NCBI GenBank assembly: GCA_963749075.1
Contig: CAVVLJ010000020.1
Span: 512,001 to 576,000 of the forward strand
From: an uncultured Pseudomonadota bacterium
Lineage (GTDB): Bacteria; Pseudomonadota; Alphaproteobacteria; JACZXZ01
Length of the DNA stretch: 64,000 bases
Direction: 5' to 3'
A program made the translations under genes and the position numbers. A model generated the notes under the pieces. The model was not told where the DNA came from. It saw only the letters and a program-made list of their open reading frames with translations, and did not search any database. Of the stretch, positions 41,615 through 51,278 are shown piece after piece. Positions within the stretch are counted from its first letter, which is position 1; each line of letters starts with the position of its first letter.

Positions 41615-42727
41615 TTAGGCAAGCTCATCGAGTGCTGCGAGCACCGCATCGCCCATCCCCTGCGTCGAGACCTGCCGCGCGCCGCTCTCCATAATGTCCG
41701 CCGTGCGGGCACCACCGTCAAGCGCGCGGACGACCGCGGCCTCGACGAGGCGCGCCTCCGCCGGGCGGTGAAGCGACCATTCGAGCGCGAGCGCCAGGCT
41801 CAGGATGGCGCCGAGCGGATTGGCGATGCCGCGCCCTGCGATGTCGGGGGCGCTGCCGTGCACCGGCTCGTAGAGTGCCGGGCGGCGGCCGCCGGGGCCT
41901 ATGGGGCCGAGCGAGGCCGAGGGCAGCATGCCGAGCGAGCCCGCGATCATGGCCGCCGCGTCCGAGAGAAGGTCGCCGAAGAGGTTGTCGGTGAGCAGCA
42001 CGTCGAACTGCCTGGGGGCCCGCACGATCTGCATGGCGCAATTGTCGGCGAGCATGTGGCTCAACTCCACGTCGGCGTACTCGGCATCGTGCAGCGCCTG
42101 TACCACGTCGCGCCACAGCCTGCCCGCCTCCATGACGTTCGCCTTGTCGACCGAGGTCACGCGGCTCTGCCGCCGCTTGGCTAATTCGAAGGCGGTGCGC
42201 GCCACGCGCTCGATCTCGTCGCTCGTGTAGGAATGGGTGTTGATGCCGCGCTTGCGCCCGTCGGGCAGCGTCTCGATGCCGCGCGGCTCGCCGAAATACA
42301 TCCCGCTCGAGAGCTCGCGCACGATGACGAAATCGACGCCCTGCCGCACCGCGGGCTTGAGGCTCGAGGCCTCGGCGAGCGCCGCGAGGCCTACGACGGG
42401 ACGGAGGTTGGCATAGAGGTCGAGGGACTTGCGGATGCGCAAGAGGCTGCCGGACTTCAGCACCTCTGCCGGCAAGGCGGCATTGGCGAGGCTCCCGGTG
42501 GCGCCGAAGAGGATGGCGTCCGCCGCCCGCATGCGCGGCAAGGCCTCCTCGCGGAAGAGCCGGCCGTGGGCCTTGTAAGCAGCGATGCCGTAGAGCTCCT
42601 CCTCGATGTCGGCGGCGAGGCCGCGGTGGGCGATGAGCCATTCGGCCACGCGGCGGGATTGGGCGAGCACCTCGGGCCCGATGCCCTCGCCGGCCATGAT
42701 GAGGAGCGTTGCGCGGTTTGCTGGCAT
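41615..42727 (-). CDS. leuB: 3-isopropylmalate dehydrogenase family beta-decarboxylating dehydrogenase
   Basis: GEGIGPEV, YANLRP, VDKANV, NLFGDLLSD, EPVHGSAPDIAG. Confidence 0.88.
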   Translation of the reverse strand: MPANRATLLIMAGEGIGPEVLAQSRRVAEWLIAHRGLAADIEEELYGIAAYKAHGRLFREEALPRMRAADAILFGATGSLANAALPAEVLKSGSLLRIRKSLDLYANLRPVVGLAALAEASSLKPAVRQGVDFVIVRELSSGMYFGEPRGIETLPDGRKRGINTHSYTSDEIERVARTAFELAKRRQSRVTSVDKANVMEAGRLWRDVVQALHDAEYADVELSHMLADNCAMQIVRAPRQFDVLLTDNLFGDLLSDAAAMIAGSLGMLPSASLGPIGPGGRRPALYEPVHGSAPDIAGRGIANPLGAILSLALALEWSLHRPAEARLVEAAVVRALDGGARTADIMESGARQVSTQGMGDAVLAALDELA

Positions 42728-42949
42728 GTCGGGGCACCCTGCTGCGCGCGGTCGTTGCGGCGTTTCTGCCCGGGAGGAAAGCAGCTCAGAGGGTGGGCGT
42801 CCAGCCATTCCGGGGAGGGGCTGTGAGCGATTTGCGGTTACTATGAGACCTATGCAATGCTCGGGGCTACAGGCGCCGACTGAAGGAGTCGCGTTGGAGG
42901 CTCGGCCCTGTCGCGCTTGGATCCGTGGTGCACGACCCAGGGTATTGAG

Positions 42950-43927
42950 ATGCCCAAAGTAATGATACTTCCGCACTATCACTATGAGAGTGCGTTTGGC
43001 GCATTTCTTAATGCAGCGAACGAGGCACAATCGGATTTCAAATTCTACCTCCTTCCACCAGACGACGAGCCAGAGTCGCTACTGAGGCAGCCTGTCGCAG
43101 ACTATCTTGAGATATTGCAGTTCTTAGAGAGGAAAAAGAAAGGAGTGGGTCTGGGCAATGCGGATCTTCTGATTGCCCTCTACGACGGAGTTATAACTGC
43201 GATGGACCATGGATTGACGAACCTCTTTTTGGCCGGAGCTCACATGGATGACGCGCATCCTTGCACAGCTGTGGCCTCCTTACGCTTCATTGCCTGGGGA
43301 ACCCTAGAGCAGAAATTTGATTATTCGCTCCAGCGGCATGCTTTGTTTCATCTCGTAGTATGCGCATTGATTAGCAGTTATTCGAAGGCGCCCGCCCATC
43401 GGGAAACCTACGGCTGCCTCCTCGATTTCGACAATCGGCTTGACGATTTCAACAGAAAACTTCAAATGGGCTACTACTTGTGTTCTGAGCATCAGAAAGG
43501 ATGCTTCCGTGCCGTCAGTCGGGAGCGCTACGGCCACTCGATTATCAGTCTTTGTTGTGCGCTAAGAGTATCGATCGATCAGAAGCGCCTGAGCATAATT
43601 ATCAAGGAGTTGGTCATGGGTGACAAGTTCGAGGGAATTAGCAACGCTACGATCGTCAACCGATCGCTCGTGGAACATGCATTCAACAAAACAAAAGAGC
43701 GAATCGACGAAAATACGGCGGATGCTCTCCTCTCAATCGCCGAGCAAGTCGAGAAGTCGCAGAATTCGGCGGCAGGCGTGCTATTCGACAGCTTCATGAC
43801 GGAGGTCAAAGAGGAGAAGCCAAACAAATCAAAGCTCCGTCAATGCTGGGAAGGCCTCATTGCCATCTTGCCTGACTTCGTCAGGCTTGCCGATGCAGGT
43901 GCGAAGGTGACCAAGCTCTTCACATAG
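42950..43927 (+). CDS. Hypothetical protein, markedly lower GC than flanks
   Basis: 325-codon ORF with AT-richer codons; central H-x3-H...H...GCLLDF...LC-x5-C segment and helical C-terminal domain. Confidence 0.75.
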   Translation: MPKVMILPHYHYESAFGAFLNAANEAQSDFKFYLLPPDDEPESLLRQPVADYLEILQFLERKKKGVGLGNADLLIALYDGVITAMDHGLTNLFLAGAHMDDAHPCTAVASLRFIAWGTLEQKFDYSLQRHALFHLVVCALISSYSKAPAHRETYGCLLDFDNRLDDFNRKLQMGYYLCSEHQKGCFRAVSRERYGHSIISLCCALRVSIDQKRLSIIIKELVMGDKFEGISNATIVNRSLVEHAFNKTKERIDENTADALLSIAEQVEKSQNSAAGVLFDSFMTEVKEEKPNKSKLRQCWEGLIAILPDFVRLADAGAKVTKLFT

Positions 43928-43933
43928 ATGCCG

Positions 43934-44245
43934 CTAGGCCGAGGACTTGCGGATGCCGAGGAGGCTGCCCGAGGCGCGCACCTCTGCCGGCAAGGCGGCA
44001 TTGGTGAGGCTCCCGGTGGCGCGGAAAAGGATGGCGTCCGCCGCCCGCATGCGCGGCAAGGCCTCCTCGCGCAGGAGCCGGCCGTAGGCCTTGTAGGCAT
44101 CGATGCCGTAGAGCTCCTCCTCGATCGAGACATCGAGCCCGCGGTGTGCCACGAGCCATTCGGCCGCGCGGCGGGATTGGGCCAAGACCTCGGGCCCGAT
44201 GCCCTCGCCGGCCATGATGAGGAGCGTTGCGCGGTTTGCGGCCAT
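43934..44245 (-). pseudogene. Truncated, diverged duplicate of the leuB 5' end
   Basis: MAANRATLLIMAGEGIGPEVLAQSRRAAEWL...SGSLLGIRKSSA* parallels leuB 42727 downwards; similarity continues about 80 bp into upstream DNA (to about 44323). Confidence 0.9.
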
Positions 44246-44642
44246 GTCGGGGCACCCTGCTTCGCCGGTCGTCGCGGCGTTTCTGCGCGGGAGAGAAGCA
44301 GGTCGCGGAACGGGCGTCCAGCCCTCTGCGCCGAGCCGCCGACGGCCTCTCTTGCAGCGAACGCCGAGAGGAACAGTCGGTTGTTGGCGCGGGATCCTTA
44401 GAGTATGATGCCAAGCAATATCTTGACCGAATGAACTTCGGCGGGAGGCTCGGCGGGTCGCGGTGTCGCTCGACGCATCGCCAGGGGTTGCGTCAGCCGT
44501 CGCGGCAATATGAGGCGTCAGTCGGGCGTGCCGCGTGTCCGCTTTCGGGCGAAGGCGGTGCGCGCGAATTAGGCCGACGCCCATCCGCGCGTGGCGGCCG
44601 CCGGGACGTTCATGTGAGCTGTTGACCAGGGGAGGGCTCGCC

Positions 44643-45947
44643 ATGGCTGCCAACGGCAAATCGAAGAACGGGGGGAAGGAATCCCGCTCCCGCGACCTGC
44701 TCACCCGCCGCCGGCTCCTTGGCTGGAGTGCCGGGGGTGCTGCCGCACTCGGCGCGACGATGCTGGCGCCGGCGCCGTGGCGGGCCGCCTTCGGCCAGGC
44801 CAAGCCGTACAAGATCGGCTCGCTGCAGCCGCTTTCCGGCGCCGGCGCCGCAGGTGGCAAGACGGCGCTCGTCGGCATCCAGATGGCGGTGGACCGCATC
44901 AACAAGTCGGGCGGCATCAACGGCCGGCCCGTCGAGCTCATCGTGGAGGACAGCGAGTCCAAGCCCGATGTCGGCCGGCGCAAGGTCGAGAAGCTGGCCG
45001 TCGAGGACAACATCAACGTCCACGTGGGCGGCTTCCTCTCCAACGTGTGCCTGGCCTGCATGCCGGTGTGGGCGGAGCAGAAGATCGTCAACATGATCAG
45101 CGTCTGCCTGGACACCACCATCACCACGAGCAAGTGCGACCGCTACACGTTCCGCACATTCGATTACGCCCCCGCCCAGGCCGTGGCGTTTGCGCCCTAT
45201 CTGGTCAACAAGCTGGGCAAGAAGTGGTACCTGGCCTATGCCGACTACTCCTGGGGCCAGTCGACCAAGGATGCCTACGCGGAGGCGATCAAGAAGGCGG
45301 GCGGCGAGGTCGCCGGCACCATCGGCATCCCGCTCGGAACGGCCAACATGACGCCGTTCCTCTCCAAGATCACCGGCGACTTCGACGGCCTGTTCGGCAT
45401 CTTCTTCGGCAAGGACGGGGTGACCGTCGGCAATCAGGCCTACGACTTGGGCCTGACCAAGAAGTACAGGTGGGCCGGCGACGGCGCCATTGCGGAATCG
45501 ACCAACCTTCCGGCCCTCGGCAACAAGATCGAGGGCTTCATCGGCATCAACCGCTACATCCCGGTTCTCGACCCGCCGCTCGACACGCCCGCGAACAAGA
45601 AATTCTTCGACGAGGCGGTCGCCCGGCTCAAGAAAGTCGATCCCTCCGGCCCGCTGCCCGACCGCTACGTCCAGTCGAACTTCGAGGCCATGAATGCCGC
45701 CAAGCTCGCCATGGAGAAGTCGGGTTTCCGCGGCCGCGAGGACGCGCCGAAGCTGATCGCCGCGCTGGAGGGGCTCGAGATGAAGGAGGGGGACGACTTC
45801 CCCCAGGGCGACAAGACGCTGCGCAAGGAGGACCATCAGGCGTTCCTCCGCGAGTTCATCTTCGACATCAAGGGCGGCAAGCACCACATCCTCGAGGTCG
45901 TCCCGAAAGAGAAAACGATGGTGCCGCCGGCCTGCACCTTCGCCTAA
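44643..45947 (+). CDS. Branched-chain amino acid-type ABC substrate-binding protein with Tat signal
   Basis: LTRRRLL Tat motif, KIGSLQPLSG, GGINGRPVELIVED, ADYSWG. Confidence 0.9.
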   Translation: MAANGKSKNGGKESRSRDLLTRRRLLGWSAGGAAALGATMLAPAPWRAAFGQAKPYKIGSLQPLSGAGAAGGKTALVGIQMAVDRINKSGGINGRPVELIVEDSESKPDVGRRKVEKLAVEDNINVHVGGFLSNVCLACMPVWAEQKIVNMISVCLDTTITTSKCDRYTFRTFDYAPAQAVAFAPYLVNKLGKKWYLAYADYSWGQSTKDAYAEAIKKAGGEVAGTIGIPLGTANMTPFLSKITGDFDGLFGIFFGKDGVTVGNQAYDLGLTKKYRWAGDGAIAESTNLPALGNKIEGFIGINRYIPVLDPPLDTPANKKFFDEAVARLKKVDPSGPLPDRYVQSNFEAMNAAKLAMEKSGFRGREDAPKLIAALEGLEMKEGDDFPQGDKTLRKEDHQAFLREFIFDIKGGKHHILEVVPKEKTMVPPACTFA

Positions 45948-45964
45948 GCGGCCGCCGACGCTCG

Positions 45965-46734
45965 ATGATCTCGCCAGCCCGCGCGGCCGAGGAAGGTGCT
46001 GCGGCTCCCGTTCTCCGCACCGAGCGTCTGACGGTCCGCTTCGGCGGCCTGACCGCCCTCAACGCCGTCGACTTCGAAGTGCGGCGCGACGAGATCCGCG
46101 CGATCATCGGACCGAATGGTGCGGGAAAGAGCACTTTCTTCAACTGCCTGACCGGAGTCCTGCGCCCCTCGTCGGGACGCATCCTCTTCAACGGCGAGGA
46201 CATCGCCGGGCTGGCACCCAACCAAATCTCCCGCAAAGGCGTCGCCCGCTCCTATCAGATCACCAACATCCTGCCCAACGCCACCGTGCTCGAGAACGCC
46301 CGCATCGCGGCCCAGTCGCGCCGGCACGGCTGGAGCATGCTGACCCACCACCGCGCCTTCACCAACGTCATCGAGAAAGCCGAGGCGGCACTGGAGGCGG
46401 TCGGGCTGGGAGGCAAGGCGGACGAGCTGGCCGCCAACCTCTCCCACGGCGAGCAGCGCAATCTCGAGATCGGCATCGCCCTCGCGACCGAGCCCCGGCT
46501 CCTTTGCCTGGACGAGCCGACGGCGGGCATGAGCGCCGCCGAGACCCGCGACACCATGGCGCTGGTGCGGCGCATCGCGAGGAACCTGACGATCCTCATC
46601 GTGGAGCACGACATGCAGGTGGTCATGGACTTGGCCCAGCGCATTACGGTGCTCCACTACGGCGCCATCCTGGCGGAGGGGACGCCGGCGGAGATCCAGC
46701 GCAACCCCAAGGTGCTGGAGGTCTACCTCAAGAC

Positions 46735-46738
<4 letters not shown>
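45965..46738 (+). CDS. livG: LivG-like ABC ATP-binding protein
   Basis: FGGLTAL, GPNGAGKST, LSHGEQR, LDEPTAG. Confidence 0.88.
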
Positions 46739-47472
<734 letters not shown>

Positions 47473-47473
47473 C

Positions 47474-48346
47474 GTGCCCATTCCCCTCGAGCAGATCATC
47501 ATCCAGACGGTGAACGGCATCGTCACCGGCATGATCCTGGCGCTGGTCGCCTCCGGACTTACGCTCATCTTCGGCATCATGGACGTGGTGAATTTCGCCC
47601 ATGGCGAGCTCTTCATGCTGGGCGCCTACGTGGGCGTGATCACGCTCGCCGCCACCGGCAGTTTCTGGATTGCGCTCGTGGTCGCCACCCTCGCGATAGC
47701 GCTTCTCGGCGCGCTCATTCATGTGACCACCCTGCGCCCGTTGCTCGGCCGCGATCCCTTGACGACCATCCTCGCCACCTTCGGGGTCTCGCTCGTGCTG
47801 CAGAATTACGCGCTCTGGCAGTTCGGGCCGGTGGCGCGCAAGATTCAGGAGCCCTTCGCCGGCCACTTCACGCTCTTCTACCTCGAATATCCCTGGTACC
47901 GGCTGGTGATCGCCCTGCTCTCGGCCGCCATCATCGGCGGCCTCTGGCTCTTCCTCAAGTTCGGCACCTTCGGCATCTGGATCCGCGCCACGACCCAGGA
48001 CCGCGTCATGGCTCAAGCCATGGGCATCCCCGTGCCGTGGGTCCTCGCCGCCGTCTTCGCCATCGGCTCGGGCATGGCAGGCGCCAGCGGCGTGCTGTTC
48101 GGCCCGCTCGTCGGCGTCAACTACGCCATGGGGCTCGATTGGGTGCTCAAGGCCTTCATCGTCGTCGTGGTCGGCGGCATGGGCAATCTCTGGGGCTCCG
48201 TCGCCGCCGCGATCTTCATCAGCCTGCTCGAATCCTACGCCTCGCTCTGGGTCAGCCCCGCGCAGGCCGTCATCTTCTCCTTCGTGGCGCTGATCCTGAC
48301 CTTGCTCTTCCGCCCCACCGGCCTCTTCGTTCCGACGCCGAAATGA
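47474..48346 (+). CDS. livH: LivH-like permease
   Basis: GLTLIFGIMDVVNFAHG, VVVGGMG. Confidence 0.88.
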   Translation: MPIPLEQIIIQTVNGIVTGMILALVASGLTLIFGIMDVVNFAHGELFMLGAYVGVITLAATGSFWIALVVATLAIALLGALIHVTTLRPLLGRDPLTTILATFGVSLVLQNYALWQFGPVARKIQEPFAGHFTLFYLEYPWYRLVIALLSAAIIGGLWLFLKFGTFGIWIRATTQDRVMAQAMGIPVPWVLAAVFAIGSGMAGASGVLFGPLVGVNYAMGLDWVLKAFIVVVVGGMGNLWGSVAAAIFISLLESYASLWVSPAQAVIFSFVALILTLLFRPTGLFVPTPK

Positions 48347-49296
48347 GCAAGCGCCACGCCGTCGTCTATTGGACGGGGTTTGCCGTCATCGTGGCGCTCC
48401 TGATCGCCGCACCGCTCGTGCTGCCCGAGTTCTGGCGCCGCTTCGTGACCGAGATCCTGATCTGGGGGCTCTTGGCCATGTCCTCGGACATCCTGATCGG
48501 CTACACGGGCATGGTGTCGTTCGGCCACTCGGCCTTCTTCGGCCTCGGCATCTACGGCGCCGCGGCGGCGCTGCTCCTGGTCAAGCCGCCCAGTCTCTGG
48601 CTCGCGATCCCCTGCGGCCTCGTCGCCTCGGCCGCGGTCGCGGCCTTCGTGGCGTATTTCTCGACGCGGCTGCGCGACATCTACTTCGCGATCACGACCT
48701 TGATCTTCTCGCAGATATTCTACGTCGTCATCTTCACCTGGACCGCGGTGACGGGGGGCGAGAACGGGCTCACCTTCAGGCGGCCGGCGCTCGCCATTCC
48801 CGGACTGTTCTCGCTGCCGTTCACCACCGCGACGCTCCATTGGTTCGTGCTCGCGGTGGTCGTGGCGTCCTACCTCATCCTCAGGCGCATCACCCAATCG
48901 CCGTTCGGGATGGTGCTGCAGTCGATCCGCGAGAACGAGGCGCGGACCAGGGCCATCGGTTATGCCGTCGAGCGCTACAAGATCGTGGCCGTGATGCTCT
49001 CAGGCCTGTTCGCCGGGCTGGCCGGCGTGCTCTACGCCGTGCAGAACCAGTTCGCGGCACCCGACTTCGTCTTCTTCCTGGTCTCGGGCGAGGTCGTCAT
49101 CTACAACGTCATGGGCGGCATCGGCACGCTGGTCGGCCCCATCGCGGGTGCCGCGTTCTTCCTCCTTCTGCGCGAGGGGTTCTCGCGCTTCTTCACGGAA
49201 TACTACCTGATCCCGGTCGGGCTCATCTTCATCGCCATGGTGATTTTCATGCCCCAGGGACTGCTCGGCTTCATGAGGCGGTGGCTCAACCGCTAG
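48343..49296 (+). CDS. livM: LivM-like permease
   Basis: GYTGMVSFGH, SPFG..LQSIRENE, GGIGTL.GP, PQGLLG. Confidence 0.88.
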   Translation: MSKRHAVVYWTGFAVIVALLIAAPLVLPEFWRRFVTEILIWGLLAMSSDILIGYTGMVSFGHSAFFGLGIYGAAAALLLVKPPSLWLAIPCGLVASAAVAAFVAYFSTRLRDIYFAITTLIFSQIFYVVIFTWTAVTGGENGLTFRRPALAIPGLFSLPFTTATLHWFVLAVVVASYLILRRITQSPFGMVLQSIRENEARTRAIGYAVERYKIVAVMLSGLFAGLAGVLYAVQNQFAAPDFVFFLVSGEVVIYNVMGGIGTLVGPIAGAAFFLLLREGFSRFFTEYYLIPVGLIFIAMVIFMPQGLLGFMRRWLNR

Positions 49297-49345
49297 AGCG
49301 TTTCCCGCGCGAGCTGCCGCACGTTTAGGCCCGCCTACAGAGGGC

Positions 49346-50212
49346 TCATGGCTCCGTCCGCGCCGGCTGGAGCTTGGAAATGCACCAGCCCTCGGCATGC
49401 AGCCAGCAGGTCTCGCTCTCCGGGTGCTGGTCGCGGCGCAGCGACTTGATCGACTTGCCGCCATCGCGCGCAAGCGCCGCTCCTAATGGGCGACCGATGT
49501 CGGGGTCGCGCGCACCGCTGAACTCGATGAACCCGACCGTCCTGAGAACGCGCGCCGCAAAGGCCTCGGCGGTCTCGCGGCTGACCAGCAGCATGCCGCC
49601 CCAACGCTCGTCTGTCGTCATCGGAAAGAGAAGCCGGCCGCCCGACCGGAGGGCGTCGAGCCACGCCGGGAGCGGATGGGTAGCACCCGCGCTGGCGACG
49701 ATGCGGTCAACCGGCTCGAATGCCGCGGTCGCCGCATTGACGTTGGTGACGGCCACCTGCGGCCAGGGAGCGAGCGCGACGCGTGCCCGTTCGCAGAGTC
49801 GAGGGTCGATTTCGAACGCCGAGACCCTGCCCCTTGGCCCGACAAGCTCAGCCATGATCGCGGTATAGTAGCCCGTGCCGCAACCGAGGTGCAGCAGATG
49901 CTGACCCGGAGCGATCCCCAATTGGTCGAGCAAGAACGCCCAAAGTTGAGGCTGGCCGTTGTTGATCCCGCGGCTTTCGTCGAGTGCTATGAGCACGTCG
50001 TGGTAGACGGTGCGGGGATCCGCATCGTCGGTCGACCAATATTCGATTTCATCGACATCCATCGGGCTCTTGATTCGCCAAGGTCCCGATCCGACGAACC
50101 GCTCGCGTGCCACCGTCGCAAAGGCCTCGACGACAGCGGGCGAGCGAAGGTGAGCGGTGAAGCGCAATTCCTCCGCGTAGGCGCGGCGCGCGGCTGCAAT
50201 CTCATCGGGCAT
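49346..50212 (-). CDS. Protein-L-isoaspartate O-methyltransferase family protein
   Basis: AFATVARERF, INNGQP, LHLGCGTGYYTA, DRIVASAG. Confidence 0.82.
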   Translation of the reverse strand: MPDEIAAARRAYAEELRFTAHLRSPAVVEAFATVARERFVGSGPWRIKSPMDVDEIEYWSTDDADPRTVYHDVLIALDESRGINNGQPQLWAFLLDQLGIAPGQHLLHLGCGTGYYTAIMAELVGPRGRVSAFEIDPRLCERARVALAPWPQVAVTNVNAATAAFEPVDRIVASAGATHPLPAWLDALRSGGRLLFPMTTDERWGGMLLVSRETAEAFAARVLRTVGFIEFSGARDPDIGRPLGAALARDGGKSIKSLRRDQHPESETCWLHAEGWCISKLQPARTEP

Positions 50213-50277
50213 CACGGTTCCGCCGTCAAGAAAGCCGTCCCCCATTCGAAGAGATGCAGCTAGAGCGCGCCGCCGCC

Positions 50278-50790
50278 TCAACGTACCCAATGGCGCGCGA
50301 GGAGGAGGGCCGTGAGGAAGACCGTGGCATTGTCTTTCCTATGGACCTTCCTCCAGTCGTCGAAGGCCTGTTGAGCCCGGTCAATGTTCTCCAGGACCTC
50401 CGCCCGTCTGAACGTCTGCGCGCCGTCGTAATCGGCATCGCGCCGGATTTCCTGGAGATCGACGAATGCGCGGGCGACGGATGCCAGTTCCGCTTCGAGC
50501 GGTTCGGCGATCAAGGCGCGCACGGCCGGCTTCAGCGCAGACCGTTGCCCTGCGGCAAACTCGATGCACACATTCCGCATGGCCTTGTGATCGAAGGCCC
50601 GCTGCACGCGGAAGCGAAGACCGACGGGTCTGACATCCCTAAGCACGCCAGCGCCGGCCTCGACAAGGAGATGAAAGAGCGCGTAATAGGCGGCCGAGAG
50701 CGCGCGGCGCAGGCTTGCCTGACTAGGCTTGCCGCGCTCTTTCTCGGCCAGATGACGGGCCTGCTCCAGCAAGTCGTCAGCGAGGGCCAC
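50278..50790 (-). CDS. HEPN domain protein
   Basis: LLEQARHL...RRALSAAYYALFH and LQEIRRDADYD (R-x4-Y variant). Confidence 0.75.
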   Translation of the reverse strand: MALADDLLEQARHLAEKERGKPSQASLRRALSAAYYALFHLLVEAGAGVLRDVRPVGLRFRVQRAFDHKAMRNVCIEFAAGQRSALKPAVRALIAEPLEAELASVARAFVDLQEIRRDADYDGAQTFRRAEVLENIDRAQQAFDDWRKVHRKDNATVFLTALLLARHWVR

Positions 50791-50802
50791 GATGCGCCCT
50801 CG

Positions 50803-51105
50803 TCAGGCCTGATTGGCGGGAAGCCGCTCGACGAAGCGCACGAAGGGATAGTGCTCGAAGCCTTCGCGCAGGACATCCCGAGAGACCGCGGTATGAAGGG
50901 CACTGAGCTCGGAAATCCATTTCGGCGAGGGATTGTAATCGTCCTTGATCTTGAAGAAGATGCGCACCGCCGGCTCGCCCTCCGAATCCTCGCCGAACTC
51001 GAGCGCGAATTCCTTGATGCCGTGGGCGCGCGCGTGCTTGCGCACGATCGCGCGGATCTTCCGCTCCTCCTGGCTGGACACCGGGCCAACTCGACGGCGC
51101 GCCAT
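50803..51105 (-). CDS. Small protein upstream of HEPN gene, possible degenerate minimal nucleotidyltransferase-like partner
   Basis: About 100 aa with GEDSEGEPAVRIFF and C-terminal YPFVRF; co-oriented 12 bp upstream of the HEPN gene. Confidence 0.55.
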   Translation of the reverse strand: MARRRVGPVSSQEERKIRAIVRKHARAHGIKEFALEFGEDSEGEPAVRIFFKIKDDYNPSPKWISELSALHTAVSRDVLREGFEHYPFVRFVERLPANQA

Positions 51106-51278
51106 GGCGGCACCCTCTGTTGCAACGCGGGACGGCAGGGCATTTATAGGATGTTCCGCGGCGGCGGGCCAGCGCCCGCTGCACGGCTTGGCCCCTTCCC
51201 CCACTTTGCCGCCCGGCCGGGCGAGGCTATGCTGGCGCCCGCTCGTGCAGCCTTGCGCGAGGATTTCGGGAGCGGAAC

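Noticed and set aside
42421-44323. Prophage or integrative element attL/attR
   Set aside because: No integrase, tRNA or phage genes; the repeats are long and diverged and enclose a single gene.
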